A DNA stretch of 64,000 nt from Thraustochytrium aureum. Lineage: Eukaryota. The DNA lies in contig BLSG01000260.1 of the NCBI GenBank assembly GCA_012862495.1, positions 20,246 to 84,245 on the forward strand. Direction: 5' to 3'. Shown here in pieces: positions 59,197 to 64,000 of this stretch. The position numbers were made by a program, and so were the translations under genes. How positions within the stretch are numbered: the stretch's first letter is position 1; every line of letters starts with the position of its first letter. The notes beneath the pieces are model-generated. The model worked only from the letters and a program-made list of their open reading frames with translations. It was not told where the DNA came from and did no database searches.

Positions 59197-60039
59197 NNNN
59201 NNNNNNNNNNNNNNNNNNNNNNNNNNNNNNNNNNNNNNNNNNNNNNNNNNNNNNNNNNNNNNNNNNNNNNNNNNNNNNNNNNNNNNNNNNNNNNNNNNNN
59301 NNNNNNNNNNNNNNNNNNNNNNNNNNNNNNNNNNNNNNNNNNNNNNNNNNNNNNNNNNNNNNNNNNNNNNNNNNNNNNNNNNNNNNNNNNNNNNNNNNNN
59401 NNNNNNNNNNNNNNNNNNNNNNNNNNNNNNNNNNNNNNNNNNNNNNNNNNNNNNNNNNNNNNNNNNNNNNNNNNNNNNNNNNNNNNNNNNNNNNNNNNNN
59501 NNNNNNNNNNNNNNNNNNNNNNNNNNNNNNNNNNNNNNNNNNNNNNNNNNNNNNNNNNNNNNNNNNNNNNNNNNNNNNNNNNNNNNNNNNNNNNNNNNNN
59601 NNNNNNNNNNNNNNNNNNNNNNNNNNNNNNNNNNNNNNNNNNNNNNNNNNNNNNNNNNNNNNNNNNNNNNNNNNNNNNNNNNNNNNNNNNNNNNNNNNNN
59701 NNNNNNNNNNNNNNNNNNNNNNNNNNNNNNNNNNNNNNNNNNNNNNNNNNNNNNNNNNNNNNNNNNNNNNNNNNNNNNNNNNNNNNNNNNNNNNNNNNNN
59801 NNNNNNNNNNNNNNNNNNNNNNNNNNNNNNNNNNNNNNNNNNNNNNNNNNNNNNNNNNNNNNNNNNNNNNNNNNNNNNNNNNNNNNNNNNNNNNNNNNNN
59901 NNNNNNNNNNNNNNNNNNNNNNNNNNNNNNNNNNNNNNNNNNNNNNNNNNNNNNNNNNNNNNNNNNNNNNNNNNNNNNNNNNNNNNNNNNNNNNNNNNNN
60001 NNNNNNNNNNNNNNNNNNNNNNNNNNNNNNNNNNNNNNC

Positions 60040-60784
60040 CTTTGCCCTCGCCGTTGTTGGCCGAGGTCTCTTGCGCTTCGGCGAGGGCCTCGCCGTTGTT
60101 GGCCGAGGTCTCCCGCGCGGCTCCTGCCGCCGCCTCGAGGACGCAGCCAAACGACCGCGACCCGAAGAACGTCAGGTAAGCTGGCAAGCCGGGCTGCGTG
60201 GCATGGAACTGCTTTCCGTTCCAGTAACGCGCGTCCACAAAGCACTGTGCAATGCGGGCAAAAACAACCATGTGGTCTGCGTCTGCGTCGGTGTCGATGC
60301 GCTCCACTGCGCACTCAAGCAGGGCTACCGTTCCCTTCACAAAGTGTACCTCGCGCTGGCTCGACCCCTTTGGAGGCCGGTCGAGCGCTGCAGCGCACCA
60401 CTCCAAGCCATTTATTGTTTCGAATTTGTCCGCGTCGTTGCCAGAGCAGCTCCCAACGGCCACCAGGGTCTCCTCCATGCCCACCGTGGGCACAGCAAGC
60501 TTAAAGTGTGGTTGTCTGGCGAGGCGGCCTGCCGAGCACCGCTTGCGGTTGACCGACATCATCAGCAGGCCGCGATTATTCACGGGGCTCAGCCAGGAGA
60601 CTACCATCGCATTCTTCCACGGCTTGCCCCCTTCTTCGCCCTCGGTGAGAAGCAGGCACACAGGGTTGGTGTACAAGAGCCTCGAGTGCATGTTGCCGTC
60701 GCGAACGCAAGTCCAAGGCGTCTCGACCACGGGCCGCTCGCGCTTGGCCGCAGCTCGAGCATCCTGCATTTGTTCTGACGCCAT
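60040..60784 (-). CDS. Flavin reductase-like (DIM6/NTAB) FMN-binding protein; 3' end in gap
   Basis: RLLYTNPVCLL, NAMVVSW, VGSCSG..DKF, LEC.V and DH; C-terminal 42-nt duplication encoding ETSANNGE twice. Confidence 0.8.
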
Positions 60785-61910
60785 GCTTCCTTGCGGCCCG
60801 GCCGTCCACGTCGAGCCCACGAGCCCTGTCGCCCAGGGAGTCCGTCCAGGCCGCCGTTGCGCTCGCGCACCGGCGAAAACCTCCTTGGCGCAGGCAAACC
60901 GAAGCAATCGATCTGCATCCACGCCTCAAGTCAGGCCGCGCACGCCACAAGGCAGGCAGGCAGGCAGGCAGGCAGCGCAGGCCGAANNNNNNNNNNNNNN
61001 NNNNNNNNNNNNNNNNNNNNNNNNNNNNNNNNNNNNNNNNNNNNNNNNNNNNNNNNNNNNNNNNNNNNNNNNNNNNNNNNNNNNNNNNNNNNNNNNNNNN
61101 NNNNNNNNNNNNNNNNNNNNNNNNNNNNNNNNNNNNNNNNNNNNNNNNNNNNNNNNNNNNNNNNNNNNNNNNNNNNNNNNNNNNNNNNNNNNNNNNNNNN
61201 NNNNNNNNNNNNNNNNNNNNNNNNNNNNNNNNNNNNNNNNNNNNNNNNNNNNNNNNNNNNNNNNNNNNNNNNNNNNNNNNNNNNNNNNNNNNNNNNNNNN
61301 NNNNNNNNNNNNNNNNNNNNNNNNNNNNNNNNNNNNNNNNNNNNNNNNNNNNNNNNNNNNNNNNNNNNNNNNNNNNNNNNNNNNNNNNNNNNNNNNNNNN
61401 NNNNNNNNNNNNNNNNNNNNNNNNNNNNNNNNNNNNNNNNNNNNNNNNNNNNNNNNNNNNNNNNNNNNNNNNNNNNNNNNNNNNNNNNNNNNNNNNNNNN
61501 NNNNNNNNNNNNNNNNNNNNNNNNNNNNNNNNNGCTCCCTCGCTCCCGCGCTCCGCCCTCCACTCGCCCGCGCGGCAGCCGGCGGCGCAACTGGCGGGCG
61601 CTGACCTGGCGGGCGTCAGGGGTCGCACCGCGAGGAGCGAGGTAGTCGCCCGGGGAGCAGAGACGGTGCCCAATGGGCGCCGGAGCCGACCAGGCTCGAA
61701 GGAAGAAGGCTCGAAGGGCGCGCGGCAGAGCTCGAAGGCCCGCGAGGACGGCAGGTGGGCGGTCGCGCGTGGTGCGGTCGTTGGGCAGCGTTAGCGGGTG
61801 GATGGTGGTGGTCGTTGCCGAGTAGGCGGGTCTGCGCTCGGTTCGCGCGGCGGTGCGGGGGCGCGTTGGTGGAGGTTGCACGCCTGCCTGCCGCCGGGTG
61901 GATGGTCAAG

Positions 61911-63311
61911 ATGGCGTTCGCGTATCAGGATGAGAAGCATGCGCATGAACACAGGGTGGCGAAGGTGGGGCTGCTGCTGTCGTGTATCCCGCTGCTGTGC
62001 GCGATGCTGGGGATGCCGCTGGTGCTGGAGAAGAGCTACGGGTCGTTCGGCGAGGACCTCGTGGCCATGCCCGGGCTCGACTCGATGGACATTGCTAGCG
62101 AGAGCGACGCCCTCGTGCCGCAGGTATGGTTGAGGCCCAAGGTGTTTGAAAAGGCCTCTTGCGAGTTTGTGCCCCGCGCGGACCTGACCATGCCGCCAAA
62201 GATCAAGTTCATCCGCGTCATCGGCGAGCGCAACTCTGGCGTCGACAACGTAGCCGAAGCGCTGGCCAAGATGTTCCCGAATGTCACCGTAGGCACCGGG
62301 TTCACGCGCGGCAAGTATTGGTTCCAGCAAGAAAAACTGCTCCAGGAGTGGGACGAGCGCGTCGACCTCGGCAGGGTGCTCGTCGTGGTTGTCCTGCGCA
62401 ATTCGTACGACTGGCTCCGCATGCTGCGGCGCATGCCAATTCACGCCCCGAGCCACGTGATGCGCCACGACTGGCGCACGTTCCTGACCAAGACCTGGAC
62501 TACCCGGACCTCGAGCGTGGACAAGGAGATTTCCAAGGTGAACGGGGTCAAGTGCCAGGCCAAGTTCCTTGCAGGCGAGGTGATCCCCTGCCGCCAGTCG
62601 CGATTCAACATGCCGAACACGCCGTCCACCCCGCAACGGCAGCGCCGCAACATGACCCCCGTCTACGAGACCAACCCGCTGACGATGCTACCGTTCAACA
62701 ACGTGATGGAGCTCCGCAAGCACAAGCTCCTCAACTACGCCAACATGACCACCTGGGTGCCAAAAATATCCTTTGTCAAGGTCGAGAGCCTTTTCGAGCT
62801 TTCGGGGGTCGCCAAGCTCCGCACGGTTCTCGCCAAGAACTACAACCTCGCCGTCTGCTCGACGTACGGTGGCGCCCCCGTCGGGTTCATCGACCCGTTC
62901 ATGCGCCATCCGGTCTCGACCCTCGAGGAGATCGACTTTGTGTCGTGCAACGTGGACTGGGCTGCGGAGAACCTTTTCGGCTACACCAAGGTCAAGCCGG
63001 CCGCGGCGGCCTCGAACGAGGCTTGCTCGCCAGACCCCAGCGCTGCGCGCTTTGCAGGCAAGACTTACCCTGTCATGGAGGACGGCGACGAGGACCCTGA
63101 CCGCGTGGCGGACGGCGCGCTCGCCACGCCCTCGCACAACAAGTCGACGCGGACCAGCGGGAGTAGCCAGTCAAAGAGCTCGTCCGGCAAGGGCAGGAGC
63201 AGCAGTTCGAAGAGCGCTCGCAACAAGGGGAGCAGCGCCGCAGCTAGCCCGCCTACCACAGTCGTTCCCGCGGAGGGGAGCGGCGACGAGGACGTTGTAG
63301 TGGCCCCGTGA
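61911..63311 (+). CDS. Type II membrane protein with sulfotransferase-like domain
   Basis: N-terminal TM; IRVIGERNSG (5'-PSB-like), KYWFQ and VVVLRNSYDWL (3'-PB-like); Ser/Lys-rich tail. Confidence 0.6.
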   Translation: MAFAYQDEKHAHEHRVAKVGLLLSCIPLLCAMLGMPLVLEKSYGSFGEDLVAMPGLDSMDIASESDALVPQVWLRPKVFEKASCEFVPRADLTMPPKIKFIRVIGERNSGVDNVAEALAKMFPNVTVGTGFTRGKYWFQQEKLLQEWDERVDLGRVLVVVVLRNSYDWLRMLRRMPIHAPSHVMRHDWRTFLTKTWTTRTSSVDKEISKVNGVKCQAKFLAGEVIPCRQSRFNMPNTPSTPQRQRRNMTPVYETNPLTMLPFNNVMELRKHKLLNYANMTTWVPKISFVKVESLFELSGVAKLRTVLAKNYNLAVCSTYGGAPVGFIDPFMRHPVSTLEEIDFVSCNVDWAAENLFGYTKVKPAAAASNEACSPDPSAARFAGKTYPVMEDGDEDPDRVADGALATPSHNKSTRTSGSSQSKSSSGKGRSSSSKSARNKGSSAAASPPTTVVPAEGSGDEDVVVAP

Positions 63312-64000
63312 GGGAGGGCTCCACCTTGTTGCAGGTATTGCCTCTCAAGAGCGAGTCTCTGTAGGTCTCTCTAGAGAGCGCAAAGGGCGGCACCCCGTGC
63401 CTGCAGGGCCCACTTGTGCCTGCTTGGCCCCCGTGCGCCTGCCGCGCCGCGCGGCGCCCTCTGCACGAGCCAACTTGTTTCTAGCTAAAACTTTAAAGTT
63501 NNNNNNNNNNNNNNNNNNNNNNNNNNNNNNNNNNNNNNNNNNNNNNNNNNNNNNNNNNNNNNNNNNNNNNNNNNNNNNNNNNNNNNNNNNNNNNNNNNNN
63601 NNNNNNNNNNNNNNNNNNNNNNNNNNNNNNNNNNNNNNNNNNNNNNNNNNNNNNNNNNNNNNNNNNNNNNNNNNNNNNNNNNNNNNNNNNNNNNNNNNNN
63701 NNNNNNNNNNNNNNNNNNNNNNNNNNNNNNNNNNNNNNNNNNNNNNNNNNNNNNNNNNNNNNNNNNNNNNNNNNNNNNNNNNNNNNNNNNNNNNNNNNNN
63801 NNNNNNNNNNNNNNNNNNNNNNNNNNNNNNNNNNNNNNNNNNNNNNNNNNNNNNNNNNNNNNNNNNNNNNNNNNNNNNNNNNNNNNNNNNNNNNNNNNNN
63901 NNNNNGGAGTCGTCATCGTGCGCCACGATCGGTCACTGCATAGAACCTGCGCCACATAGTGGCCGTGCTCTAGCGACGAGCCTATGTGCCGTGTTATCCC

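Overview
Gene-dense, GC-rich, intron-poor eukaryotic scaffold with many N-gaps. Short GT-AG introns, Rab32/DBP4/GINS/dynein genes, PT-repeat surface proteins and an M6 protease suggest a protist, most plausibly a stramenopile such as a thraustochytrid; this taxonomy is inference. About 25 protein genes are supported, several split by small indels that look like draft-assembly errors. Main candidate system: an NLR-like gene at 15313-19213 with a TIR domain, a NACHT-type P-loop and an array of near-identical 144-bp WD40 repeats. Repeat variation concentrates at predicted ligand-contacting positions, as in fungal HET-E/NWD allorecognition receptors. Also notable: (1) a ~2700-aa single-pass receptor with five copies of an unrecognised FN2-like module, trefoil, PKD, TSP1 and EGF domains and a cytoplasmic PH domain; (2) a Tudor-HNH fusion; (3) a kinesin with degenerate catalytic motifs; (4) a spliced LC8 dynein light chain that the ORF track missed.
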